DNA from: an uncultured virus (IMG/VR IMGVR_UViG_2061766007_000682)
Lineage: Duplodnaviria; Heunggongvirae; Uroviricota; Caudoviricetes
IMG/VR virus record: IMGVR_UViG_2061766007_000682
DNA: 64,000 bases
Strand: one strand, 5' to 3'
The notes beneath the pieces are model-generated. The model was not told the DNA's origin, searched no databases, and saw only the letters and a program-made list of their open reading frames with translations. Made by a program: the position numbers and the translations under genes. Positions 1 to 9,772 of the stretch are shown in pieces (the first letter of the stretch is position 1; each line of letters starts with the position of its first letter).

Positions 1-195
1 CAAAAACGATTACTGAGAATGGCACTTATAATGCATCCGATGATCACGCAGATGGATATTCTGATGTGATCGTTAATGTTCCAAGTAGTGGAGCTCAGTA
101 TNNNNNNNNNNCCAGACAGAGAGCGAGGTAAATTATTTGAACATGGCGGATCGTCTTAGTATGTAACGCCTTAGTAATCTAATATTAGTGTAAAG

Positions 196-235
196 AGAGG
201 GGGTCTGGTCTATTTCGGCTAGGCCCCTTTTTTCT
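196..235 (+). terminator. Intrinsic terminator-like hairpin
   Basis: GGGGTCTGGTC / GGCTAGGCCCC stem followed by a T-run, downstream of a truncated ORF end. Confidence 0.65.
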
Positions 236-255
236 GCTAATTATATTTTTAACTC

Positions 256-437
256 TTTAGAGGCTTTAATGGGGTGATCGGCAACTCACTTTCTGGGATT
301 TTATTGCCCACCTTAGCATAATCACTTGCTGTTTACTCCTTTTGAGATTTTACGTTCTTCCACCACATTTTATAATACTCGTACCCAATCCCATTATAAA
401 TGTGGTCTCAGTCGGTCACTCCACTAAAGCCTCTAAA
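256..437 (+). ncRNA. Putative structured ncRNA, copy A (~180 nt)
   Basis: 256-282 pairs with 411-437 (26 of 27 pairs, 3 G-U); internal hairpin CCACATTT(T)ATAAT/ATTATAAATGTGG; arms resemble 42682-42861. Confidence 0.65.
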
Positions 438-456
438 TAGAAGGTGGTGAATAATA

Positions 457-768
457 ATGGCTAATACCAAGAAATCGCCGCCCGCTTATACAGATGATGA
501 ACGAGAGAAACAGTTAATTGCCTTAGCTTATGATGAGGTTGAAAGGCGTATTCGCAACCATGAAGCAACATCACAAGAGCTTGTACATTTTTTAAAGATG
601 GGTTCCAGCCGAGAGAAGCAGGAACGAAAGATTATGGAAAAGAATGAAGAGCTACTTGGAGCTAAGACAGAATCTATACAGAATCAGAAGAGTACTGAGA
701 TATTTATGCAGGATGCTCTTCTTGCGTTTAAGGTTTATGCAGGTGATGAAGATGGACAGAAGCTATAG
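457..768 (+). CDS. Putative terminase small subunit
   Basis: 103 aa helical ORF with RBS AAGGTGGTGA, first gene of the packaging module. Confidence 0.5.
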   Translation: MANTKKSPPAYTDDEREKQLIALAYDEVERRIRNHEATSQELVHFLKMGSSREKQERKIMEKNEELLGAKTESIQNQKSTEIFMQDALLAFKVYAGDEDGQKL

Positions 769-1165
769 TGAACTGATAAAGTTAAATACATTAGAAGAAC
801 GATATCGTTATCTCAGGAACGCTCATCATGTAGGAGACCAGACACTGTATGGCTATCGTCCACTCTATCTTCAATTTCTTAAATCATCTCAATGGCTCTC
901 TGTAAGAGATCAAGTTATATTACGGGATAAAGGTTGTGACTTAGGTCTAGACGATTATCCAATAAGCGGGCGAATAATAATACATCATATAAACAGTGTA
1001 CAGATCGAAGATCTTGTAAACATGAATGAAGATGTGTTGTTAAATCCTGAGAACTTGATATCTGTTTCTCACACAACACATTTAGCTATCGATTATGGCG
1101 ATGAAAGTTTTTTACCTAAACCGCCAATAGTAAGATTGCCAAATGACACTTGTCCATGGAGGTGA
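752..1165 (+). CDS. HNH endonuclease (packaging-associated)
   Basis: W..VRD.VILRD..C, IIHHIN, NLISVSH.TH motifs; ATG at 752 after AGGTGA. Confidence 0.8.
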   Translation: MDRSYSELIKLNTLEERYRYLRNAHHVGDQTLYGYRPLYLQFLKSSQWLSVRDQVILRDKGCDLGLDDYPISGRIIIHHINSVQIEDLVNMNEDVLLNPENLISVSHTTHLAIDYGDESFLPKPPIVRLPNDTCPWR

Positions 1166-1170
1166 ATCTA

Positions 1171-1509
1171 ATGTCAGAGACATATGACTCTATACTTAAA
1201 TCTATTTGCGACAAATTAGATTCTCGGGACTATACGGTTTTTTACGATGATCTAATTTCTACCATCAACATGTGTTTTGCGTTCTGTCAGCAGTTTGGTT
1301 GCGGTCCTGAAGAAGGATTCGAAATCACTGGTGAAACTGAAACATGGGATGACTATGTTTGCAAGGATATTACTCAAAAGAATATGGCTAAGGCTTACAT
1401 TGCAGCCAAAGCCAAACTTACTTTTGATCCTCCTCAGTCAGGACCTATGCTTCAGAGTCTAGAACGTGAGATCACCAAGTATGAGTGGTACATTACAAAT
1501 TGCAGATAA
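1171..1509 (+). CDS. Head-to-tail adaptor-like protein
   Basis: SIL.SI...Y...KL.FDPP pattern; RBS GGAGGTGA. Confidence 0.55.
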   Translation: MSETYDSILKSICDKLDSRDYTVFYDDLISTINMCFAFCQQFGCGPEEGFEITGETETWDDYVCKDITQKNMAKAYIAAKAKLTFDPPQSGPMLQSLEREITKYEWYITNCR

Positions 1510-1523
1510 GGAGGTAAACTTTT

Positions 1524-1655
1524 ATGGCTAAGAGAGAAATGCCGGTTGTTAATGAGTCTGCCGAAGAGAAGAAAGATGTAGTTAACAATGAGGAGAAAAA
1601 AGAAGTAAAAGAAACAAAGCCGAAGAAGAAAAGTAGTATCGCTAAGGGTAAGTAA
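1524..1655 (+). CDS. Small charged hypothetical protein (43 aa)
   Basis: RBS AAGGAGGT, MAKREMPVVNES...AKGK. Confidence 0.55.
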   Translation: MAKREMPVVNESAEEKKDVVNNEEKKEVKETKPKKKSSIAKGK

Positions 1656-1679
1656 TATTAGAAAGTGAGGAAAATCAAA

Positions 1680-3428
1680 ATGCCTTTATCTAATACAGCA
1701 ACACCCAAGTACTACGGACAGTTTAAAGCTAAAGTTCTTAAGGGAGAAATACCAATCAACAAGGAAATTGAGATGGAAATGAACCGTATCGATAAGTTGA
1801 TTGCTAACCCTGGAATTTATTACGATGAGAAAGCCGTTGAAGGTTGGATAAAATTTTGTGAAACTGAATTGACTTTGACAGATGGATCAGAAGTTCATAT
1901 GTTAGACTCGTTTAAATTATGGGGAGAACAAATCTTTGGATGGTATTACTTTGTTGAACGAACGGTCTATGAACCAGGTAAGAATGGTAGACCAGGACAC
2001 TACGTCAACAAGATGATTAAACGTAGACTGATTAATAAACAGTATTTAATAGTAGCAAGAGGCGCTGCAAAGTCAATGTATGCGTCTTTTATACAAGCGT
2101 TTTTTCTTACTGTTGACAGAACTACAACATATCAGATCACTACCGCTCCAACAATGCTCCAAGCTGAAGAAGTAATGTCGCCTATTAAGACGGCTATTAG
2201 TAGAGCTCCGGGTCCGTACTTTAAGTTTTGTACTGCCGGCTCCATTCAGAACACTACAGGTTCTAAAGCTAATAGACCTAAATTGTTTCCTAGTAAGGAA
2301 GGAATTAAATACACGATAACCAATTCAACTTTGCAAGTTAGACCAATGTCTATTGATAAACTTCAAGGTGCGAGACCGAAGATTTGCACTGTCGATGAAT
2401 GGCTTTCTGGAGATGTAACCGAGGACGTAATCGGCGCACTTGAACAAGGTGCAGCTAAAGGCGATCAGGAATATTTGATCGTTGCTATTTCGTCTGAGGG
2501 TACGGTTCGTAATGGTTCTGGTGACACTGTTAAAATGGAGTTAATGGAAATCCTTAAAGGAAATTACGATAATCCTCATGTATCTATTTGGTATTACAAG
2601 CTGGACGATATCAAGGAAGTAGCAAATCCCAATATGTGGATTAAAGCTAACCCTAATCTTGGAAAGACTGTTACTTATGAAACTTATCAATTAGACGTTG
2701 AAAGAGCCGAAAAAGCACCTGCAACTAGAAATGACATTCTTGCCAAAAGATTCGGTATTCCTATGGAGGGTTATACGTACTTCTTTAGATACGAAGAGAC
2801 ACTTCCTCATAGAAGAAGAGACTTTTGGAACATGCGATGCTCGCTTGGTGTTGACTTATCGCAAGGTGATGACTTCTGTGCATTCACATTTCTGTTTCCG
2901 CTTCCAAGAGAACAGTTCGGTGTGAAAGCGCGTAGTTACATTTCTCAAAATACATTGGATAAATTACATCTTGCACAGCGACAAAAGTACGATGAGTTTA
3001 TCAACGAAGGAACTTTAATAGTTTTACCTGGAACAGTACTTGATTTAAGAATAGTTTACGATAATCTAATTAAATACATTGAGGATTCTCAGTACGAAGT
3101 ATGTAGTATGGGATTTGACCCGTATAATGCTCGTGAATTTGTTGAATGGTGGGAAAAAGAAAACTCGCCATATGGTGTAGAAAAAGTAATTCAGGGAGCA
3201 AAAACAGAGTCGGTTCCATTAGGAGAAATTAAACAACTTGCTGAAAATAGATTACTTATATTTGATCAGTCAATAATGACATATACAATGGGAAATTGTA
3301 TAACAATAGAAGATACAAACGGTAATAGAAAGCTATTAAAGCGCCGCTATGAGCAGAAGATTGATAATGTTTCTGCTTTAATGGATGCTTGGGTAGCTTA
3401 CAAGTTACATAAGGAAGAATACGAGTAG
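1680..3428 (+). CDS. terL: Terminase large subunit
   Basis: Walker A variant ARGAAKS, Walker B TVDEW, nuclease GVDLSQGDDF and KIDNVSALMDA. Confidence 0.95.
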   Translation: MPLSNTATPKYYGQFKAKVLKGEIPINKEIEMEMNRIDKLIANPGIYYDEKAVEGWIKFCETELTLTDGSEVHMLDSFKLWGEQIFGWYYFVERTVYEPGKNGRPGHYVNKMIKRRLINKQYLIVARGAAKSMYASFIQAFFLTVDRTTTYQITTAPTMLQAEEVMSPIKTAISRAPGPYFKFCTAGSIQNTTGSKANRPKLFPSKEGIKYTITNSTLQVRPMSIDKLQGARPKICTVDEWLSGDVTEDVIGALEQGAAKGDQEYLIVAISSEGTVRNGSGDTVKMELMEILKGNYDNPHVSIWYYKLDDIKEVANPNMWIKANPNLGKTVTYETYQLDVERAEKAPATRNDILAKRFGIPMEGYTYFFRYEETLPHRRRDFWNMRCSLGVDLSQGDDFCAFTFLFPLPREQFGVKARSYISQNTLDKLHLAQRQKYDEFINEGTLIVLPGTVLDLRIVYDNLIKYIEDSQYEVCSMGFDPYNAREFVEWWEKENSPYGVEKVIQGAKTESVPLGEIKQLAENRLLIFDQSIMTYTMGNCITIEDTNGNRKLLKRRYEQKIDNVSALMDAWVAYKLHKEEYE

Positions 3429-3444
3429 AAAGGAGGTTATATTT

Positions 3445-4032
3445 TTGAGACACGATGAATTAGCACATTATGGTGTCCGCGGTATGAAATGGCGTTTCAA
3501 GAAAGGCATTACTGTTGATCCATCTAATAAGAATGTTAGAATTAAAAGACCTAATGGTGATGTTCGTGTTGAAAGAGAAAAGAACATTTCAATGACCGGG
3601 CCAAATCATAGATTAAGAACCTCCGAGAGAGATGTCGAAAAGAAAACAGAAAAAGATGAATTTAGTAAAATGGCTAATGAAGCGGCTGAAAAAGATAGAA
3701 AAGACCGTGAGGCTCGTGAGCAGTCAGCTAGAGATGCTTACGATGAAGCTTTGCGTTTGGCAAAAGAAAGAGCTGGTAAATCCAGCGGATCTGGTGGATC
3801 TGGCTCTAGTTCTTATAAAGCTGATGATAAACCTGCTGCAAATGCAAAACCGGCAGCTAAAGATAATAAAGGAAGTAATGAAAAGAATGCTTATTATACC
3901 AAGAATGCTAGAGAGATTGAGAGTCAGTATGGCATGAAGCCACACGTTAATGTAATGAACGATGTTGGTAAAGATCCTGAAAAGAAGCAGATTCTCAATG
4001 AAATGAATAAACGGACGTATAAAAAACGGTGA
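3445..4032 (+). CDS. LxH(H/Y)G-tag protein 1
   Basis: N-terminus ELAHYGVRGMKW; basic low-complexity body; TTG start after AAGGAGG. Confidence 0.75.
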   Translation: MRHDELAHYGVRGMKWRFKKGITVDPSNKNVRIKRPNGDVRVEREKNISMTGPNHRLRTSERDVEKKTEKDEFSKMANEAAEKDRKDREAREQSARDAYDEALRLAKERAGKSSGSGGSGSSSYKADDKPAANAKPAAKDNKGSNEKNAYYTKNAREIESQYGMKPHVNVMNDVGKDPEKKQILNEMNKRTYKKR

Positions 4033-4049
4033 GGAAGGAGGATAATAGT

Positions 4050-4655
4050 ATGCGAGATTACGAGTTAGAGGAATTCCTCATGCACTATGGTGTTCCGGGT
4101 ATGAAACGTCCTAGAGGTCTTAAGTATAAGACAAGAGGAAGCACTAGTTTATATGCTAATAGACAGCGCCAAATGTATAGAAGAAATACAGGAGAATCTA
4201 AAGAAGGTTCTAAAGAAGATGGCAAATCTACAGAATGGCGTAAATGGAAAATTCTTAATGACACTAAAAATAATGTTCCTGGTACAGGAACGAATGATGA
4301 TAAGAAACCTAGTATGCCTCCAGTTCAGCAAAGACGCCTTGCGACAAAAAAACTACTGGAGAGGAATGTAATAAATAGCCCTGAAGGTATGTTTTATAGA
4401 ACTCATGAAAAGTTTAAGAACATGTTTAAACCAAAACAGAAAAAGTATAAAGATCCTTACGAAGTAATGAAAGAACGAGAAGATCGTTTAATAAAAAATC
4501 TTAAAGAAAAACATTTAACAAGATATGGTATGCGATATGCACCTAACGTAAATTCAAGAATTCAAAATCCTAAGAAAAAAATAGGATACAATAAAAGGTC
4601 TACGTTAATGCTTCATCGTAAAAATAGAGCACCAACGCACATGAAAGATATATGA
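4050..4655 (+). CDS. LxH(H/Y)G-tag protein 2
   Basis: N-terminus FLMHYGVPGMKRP; very basic body. Confidence 0.75.
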   Translation: MRDYELEEFLMHYGVPGMKRPRGLKYKTRGSTSLYANRQRQMYRRNTGESKEGSKEDGKSTEWRKWKILNDTKNNVPGTGTNDDKKPSMPPVQQRRLATKKLLERNVINSPEGMFYRTHEKFKNMFKPKQKKYKDPYEVMKEREDRLIKNLKEKHLTRYGMRYAPNVNSRIQNPKKKIGYNKRSTLMLHRKNRAPTHMKDI

Positions 4656-4670
4656 AAGGAGGGATGCTAA

Positions 4671-5414
4671 TTGAGAGATTACGATATGGAACGTTTTCTT
4701 ATGCATTACGGTGTTCCGGGTATGAAACGTCCTAAAGGACTTCGCTACAAAACTAGAGGAAGTACTAGTTTGTACGCAAACAGACAGCGTCAAATGCATG
4801 GTGAAGATAATGAGGACAATTCTGAAAGTACAGGAAATAAGTTCTTAGACATTCGGAAGAATCAGGAAAAACAGGCTAAGGAAGCTAAGAAAACAAAAGA
4901 ACAGATTGAAAAATATAGACGTGATAAATGGGTTGATGAATATTCGTCAAAGTTTTTTACTACTAAAGAAACTCCACATAGACAGCATTATAAGGAAGAA
5001 GTTAAGTCTCGTAAACTTGGTAATACTAAAGAACGAGATGACTATCTAAACAAAACAAAGAAATTTAGAGATATTCGGAAGAATCAGGAAGAGGCTATTA
5101 AAACAGCTAAACAGATTGAAAAGTATAGAAAAGATAAGGCCGAAGATGAAAAGCGGGCTAAAGTGAGACAAGAGGCTAAACAAAAAGAAGAAAATAAACG
5201 GAAATTTTTAGATATTCCTAAGAACATAGGAAAACAAGTTGAAGTTGCTAAAAAGCAGAAAAGAGTCAAAGAACAGCAATCTAAAAATGAGTTTAATAAA
5301 TCTGTTCTCGATTTGATCGATAGAAATAGAGCTGAAAGAAACGACGGAAAGATTCAGAGACTTAAAAAGAAGAGAACGTCTTCCAGTAAGTATGGACGTT
5401 CGCGACAGGGTTAA
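4671..5414 (+). CDS. LxH(H/Y)G-tag protein 3
   Basis: First ~42 aa nearly identical to the preceding gene; three internal KF(L/R)DI.KN repeats. Confidence 0.75.
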   Translation: MRDYDMERFLMHYGVPGMKRPKGLRYKTRGSTSLYANRQRQMHGEDNEDNSESTGNKFLDIRKNQEKQAKEAKKTKEQIEKYRRDKWVDEYSSKFFTTKETPHRQHYKEEVKSRKLGNTKERDDYLNKTKKFRDIRKNQEEAIKTAKQIEKYRKDKAEDEKRAKVRQEAKQKEENKRKFLDIPKNIGKQVEVAKKQKRVKEQQSKNEFNKSVLDLIDRNRAERNDGKIQRLKKKRTSSSKYGRSRQG

Positions 5415-5427
5415 GGGGTGATATACA

Positions 5428-6186
5428 ATGAAAAACGAACTATATCACCACGGTATAGACGGACAACGTTGGGGTGTTACTCATGGGCCGCCTTATCCAC
5501 TGTCAAGATCTGAGCATAGAGCTGTTGTTAAAAGTAAAAATGCTATGGAAAAACGTAATGTTTCTTACCGTAAGTCTAGAAAATTTGCTAAGCGAATGTC
5601 TGATGAAGATTTAAATGCCGCTATTGATAGACTTAGGAGAGAAGAGACCTATCGTCAGCTTGTTAGTAAAGATAAAACAGAAAAAGCTCTTAAAAGAGAG
5701 CATAAGCGAGCGAATAAAGAAGAAGTTAAACAGACCAAAGCTCTTAAAAAGGCTCAAGAGCCGACTAAGCCAAAAAATCAAAATGATGGTGTTCTTAAGA
5801 AATCTGTTAAGGAAGCCCTTGGCGGAGGAATTAAGACCATGGGAAATGCTGGCTTCCAGGCTTTAGCTAAAACTATTTGGCCAGATGAAAAGAAAGAAGA
5901 TCAACCACAAGTTGAATACTTTGTTGATAAAGATGGAACCATAAATATTAAAAGTTTAAAAGGAAATACTGCAACTCTTACACCAGATATAGTGAGTATG
6001 ATGCTAGCTAATCAAAAGCAGATGAATTTTAAAGCGCCAAATAATACGAACAATACTTCAACTACGGCTTCTACAAGTAATAATCCTGGAACTGCTTATG
6101 CTGTTCCTAAAGACGAAAATAGAAACCGAATGCTTAAAAATGTATGGAATACAGGATACGATGAGATACAAGATTCTTGGGATTAA
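5428..6186 (+). CDS. LxH(H/Y)G-tag protein 4
   Basis: ELYHHGIDGQRWGVTHGPPYPL; MSDEDL...I.RL..E..Y helix motif. Confidence 0.8.
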   Translation: MKNELYHHGIDGQRWGVTHGPPYPLSRSEHRAVVKSKNAMEKRNVSYRKSRKFAKRMSDEDLNAAIDRLRREETYRQLVSKDKTEKALKREHKRANKEEVKQTKALKKAQEPTKPKNQNDGVLKKSVKEALGGGIKTMGNAGFQALAKTIWPDEKKEDQPQVEYFVDKDGTINIKSLKGNTATLTPDIVSMMLANQKQMNFKAPNNTNNTSTTASTSNNPGTAYAVPKDENRNRMLKNVWNTGYDEIQDSWD

Positions 6187-6201
6187 GGAGGTATTATATT
6201 T

Positions 6202-7473
6202 ATGAATATTACTGAGCGTATTAAAGGCGCTTGGAATGCCTTCCTTCGACCGAATTCTAAAAAAGAGCCCGAAGTAATAGAGCCTACTTATCCTAAGTAT
6301 AATACTTATGTTAGTCCTAGTTACTTTAGACCAAATAGAAGAAAGTTATCACGGGGTGTTGAGAAAACTATACTCGGTGGTATTTACTCGAGAATGGCAG
6401 TCGATGCGTCTCAGATTGATATTAGACATGTAATTTTGGATAAAGATGAGAAATTTTTGGATATTTTTAGAGATAGTATAGACTTTCGACTTCATATCTC
6501 AACTAACATGGATCAGACACCATCCGCTTTCATAGAAGATTTAATCCTTTCTATGTTTGATGAAGGATGCGTTGCTATTGTTCCAGTTGAACGAGAAGAT
6601 GAAGAGAATAAATTTGGAATCAGAGATATCTATTCTTTAAGAGTCGGTAGAGTTACTAAATGGTATCCTTACGATGTAGAAGTAGAATGTTTCAATCAGG
6701 TAACACAAAGACAAGATAGAATTATCATGTCTAAAAATGACGTTTGTATCATTGAGAACCCATTTTATGCTGTTATGAATGAACATAACTCTACTGCACA
6801 GAGAATCCTTAGGAAACTATCTCTTTTGGATGGTATTGATGAAGAAGCCGGTTCTGGAAAGTTAGATGTTATTATTCAGTTACCGTATACTATACGAGGT
6901 GACTCTAAGAGAAAATTGGCGGATGAACGTAGGAAAGACTTGGAAAGCCAGATGGCTGATTCGAGATATGGTATCGGATACATAGATTCAACGGAACGTA
7001 TCACGCAACTTAACCGTCCGGTCGAAAACGGTATTCTTAAAGAAATCGAGTATCTTAATAATCATTTGTTAATGCAACTTGGTATTCCGCCTTCTATTAT
7101 TGAAGGAACTGCAGATGACTCTGAAAAGGTCACATATTACAATTCTGCAATAGCCCCTATTCTTAGAGCAATCACAGAGGGATTCACAAGAACTTTCTTC
7201 AGTGAAGTAAGTATTCTTGAGGGACATAGAATCATGTACTTTAGAGACGTATTTAAGGATGCTCCTATCACTCAGATGGCGGACATCGTTGATAAGTTCT
7301 CTAGAAACGAGGTTCTTACCGGTAATGAACTTAGAGGTAAGATTGGTTATCCGCCTTCAAAGGATCCGCAAGCCGATAAGTTGTTAAACAAGAATATTGC
7401 TCACAATGAACAGTTCATGGACGAACCCGAAGAACAAATTCCACAGGAAGGAGAAAATCAAAATGAAGTATGA
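6202..7473 (+). CDS. Portal protein
   Basis: 423 aa between terminase and protease; QLGIPPSII, LTGNELRGKIGYPP motifs typical of HK97-type portals. Confidence 0.9.
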   Translation: MNITERIKGAWNAFLRPNSKKEPEVIEPTYPKYNTYVSPSYFRPNRRKLSRGVEKTILGGIYSRMAVDASQIDIRHVILDKDEKFLDIFRDSIDFRLHISTNMDQTPSAFIEDLILSMFDEGCVAIVPVEREDEENKFGIRDIYSLRVGRVTKWYPYDVEVECFNQVTQRQDRIIMSKNDVCIIENPFYAVMNEHNSTAQRILRKLSLLDGIDEEAGSGKLDVIIQLPYTIRGDSKRKLADERRKDLESQMADSRYGIGYIDSTERITQLNRPVENGILKEIEYLNNHLLMQLGIPPSIIEGTADDSEKVTYYNSAIAPILRAITEGFTRTFFSEVSILEGHRIMYFRDVFKDAPITQMADIVDKFSRNEVLTGNELRGKIGYPPSKDPQADKLLNKNIAHNEQFMDEPEEQIPQEGENQNEV

Positions 7474-9769
7474 CTTTTGTGGTTATGCTACTCGGTACAA
7501 TGTAAAGTGCACCGATGGTAGAACTATTAAGTCTAATGCTTTTGCGCATTGCGATGGAGCAACGGTTCCGTTGATGTTCCAGCACGGTCATAACGATCCT
7601 GCTAACATTGTTGGTAACTGCTTGCTCGAATCCAGATCGGATGGTATGTACTGTTATGGTAGCTTCAATGATACTGTAAGCGGTGAAACTATGCGTGAAT
7701 GCGTAGAGCATGGAGACATTAATAGTCTGTCTATCTATGCGAATCATCTTCAGCAGAATAATGCACTTGAAGTGTTCCATGGAGACATTAAAGAAGTAAG
7801 TCTCGTGCTTGCTGGAGCAAACATTGGAGCTTACATCGAAGATGTCAACATTGAGCATGGCGAAGACGGCGAATCTGAGGCTATTGTTTATATGCCGGAA
7901 GAGGAGTGCCAGTTTGAGTTGTCTCATGCTGATTCAGATGAAGAAGGATCTAAGGAAACTACTAAGAAAACTGTTGGTTCTATCGTTGAAACTATGAATA
8001 AAGAACAGCAGGATGTTCTGATGTGGCTTCTGAATCAGGCGGCTGAAGGCAAACTCGATCTCAACATGGCACATTCGGATGAGGATTCTGAGTATGAAGA
8101 CGAGCATGAAGATGCTGAAGATTCTGAGTATGAGGATGACGATTCCGAGTATGAGGACGATGAAGAGTACGAAGATGACGAAGCCGAAGATGAAGAGTAC
8201 GAAGATGATGAAGAAGATTCAGAGTACGAAGATGATGAAGATGATGACGAAGATGATGACGAAAATCAAAATGATGATCTCGAACATTACGACGAAAACG
8301 ATGAAGGAGGAAACAACGAAATGAAGAGAAATGTTTTCGAAGAAAAGAGAAGCGCTGATCAGATTACACATGCTGATTTCGCACAGATCGTTCAGGATGC
8401 TGTAGTTAATAAGGCGACCCTGTCCGATTCTATCCTTATGCATGCTGACGATTATGGTATCCAGGACATCGAATCTCTGTTCCCGGATCCGAAGGACATC
8501 AACATGCCGCCGGAGTGGGTAAAGCCGGAAAATGCTTGGGTTCCGACAGTTCTCAATGGCGTATCTCACACTCCGTTCTCCCGTATCCGCACACGTTTTG
8601 CTGATATCACTGCTGATGAAGCTCGTGCTAAGGGTTATGTAAAGGGCAACAGAAAGAAGGACGAGGTATTCTCGCTGCTTAAGAGAGAAACAACACCTTG
8701 CACCATCTACAAGAAACAGAAGCTCGATCGCGATGATATCATCGATATTACTGATTTCGATATCGTTCCGTGGATCAAGAGCGAAATGCGTATGATGCTC
8801 GATCTGGAAAAGGCTATGGCTATTCTTACAGGTGATGGTCGTTCTGCATATGATGAGGATAAGATTCCTGAGGATCATATCAGACCGATTTGGAAGGATG
8901 ACGAACTGTATACTATCCGTCGCCCGGTTTATTTCCCGGAAAATGCTAGTGATACAGATAAGACAGAAATCCTCCGTCAGACAATCCTCCGTTCCCGCAA
9001 GGACTACAAGGGTTCTGGTAACATGACTCTGTTCTGCAGCCCGGATTGGCTCACAACTATGCTTCTGGCTAAGGACGGTTTCAATCATCCGCTGTACAAG
9101 TCCGATTCTGAGCTTGCTGCTGCTCTCCGTGTATCTAAGATCGTAGAAGTTCCGCAGTTTGACGATAAGGTTTATACAGATTCTGACAACAATGAGTATG
9201 ATCTCGTTGCTATCCTTGTTAACCTGGCTGACTATAAGGTTGGTGCTGATCGTGGCGGCAATACTGAGATGTTCGATGACTTCGATATCGACTTCAACCA
9301 GTATAAGTACCTGATGGAGTGCCGTTTCTCTGGTGCTCTGACGAAGCTGCGTTCTGCAATCGTTGTTGAGGCTGCTCATTATCCGATGCTTAAGATCGCT
9401 GTAGAAGCTGCTGCTCCGAATACTGATCTTCTTGGTAAGACAGCTGCTGAACTGCAGTCTGGTGTACGTATCAATGATCTCGGTGAGATCCGTGGTACTC
9501 TTAAGTATGTTACTAACTATGATGGTTTCGAGCAGGGTGCTCAGGGCAACTTCATCGGTCTCAAGTTTGATACTGATGAGGGTGCTACAACTACTGTTGA
9601 GATCATCGGCGGTACTTCTGGCCCGACGACACTCGATTCTGACAATCTCTGGGTTGGCAAGATCGCTAACAAGCAGCAGAAGATTCGTGTAATCACAACT
9701 AAGGATGGTTCCACAAATACTGTAATCTATAGTCTGAAGTACATTAATCTTGAGGCTAAGAGGGACTAA
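7463..9769 (+). CDS. Prohead protease - acidic linker - major capsid protein fusion
   Basis: N-terminal HK97-type protease (FCGYA, FQHGH, LSI, EVSLV), D/E-rich linker, capsid domain, C-terminal beta-rich extension. Confidence 0.9.
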   Translation: MKYDFCGYATRYNVKCTDGRTIKSNAFAHCDGATVPLMFQHGHNDPANIVGNCLLESRSDGMYCYGSFNDTVSGETMRECVEHGDINSLSIYANHLQQNNALEVFHGDIKEVSLVLAGANIGAYIEDVNIEHGEDGESEAIVYMPEEECQFELSHADSDEEGSKETTKKTVGSIVETMNKEQQDVLMWLLNQAAEGKLDLNMAHSDEDSEYEDEHEDAEDSEYEDDDSEYEDDEEYEDDEAEDEEYEDDEEDSEYEDDEDDDEDDDENQNDDLEHYDENDEGGNNEMKRNVFEEKRSADQITHADFAQIVQDAVVNKATLSDSILMHADDYGIQDIESLFPDPKDINMPPEWVKPENAWVPTVLNGVSHTPFSRIRTRFADITADEARAKGYVKGNRKKDEVFSLLKRETTPCTIYKKQKLDRDDIIDITDFDIVPWIKSEMRMMLDLEKAMAILTGDGRSAYDEDKIPEDHIRPIWKDDELYTIRRPVYFPENASDTDKTEILRQTILRSRKDYKGSGNMTLFCSPDWLTTMLLAKDGFNHPLYKSDSELAAALRVSKIVEVPQFDDKVYTDSDNNEYDLVAILVNLADYKVGADRGGNTEMFDDFDIDFNQYKYLMECRFSGALTKLRSAIVVEAAHYPMLKIAVEAAAPNTDLLGKTAAELQSGVRINDLGEIRGTLKYVTNYDGFEQGAQGNFIGLKFDTDEGATTTVEIIGGTSGPTTLDSDNLWVGKIANKQQKIRVITTKDGSTNTVIYSLKYINLEAKRD

Positions 9770-9772
9770 TAT

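Noticed and set aside
1..101. Copy of 27854-27954 with one A-to-G difference, suggestive of a DGR template/variable repeat pair
   Set aside because: The single mismatch is exactly central (position 51 of 101) and the piece is followed by an N gap, typical of an assembly bubble; no reverse transcriptase is visible.
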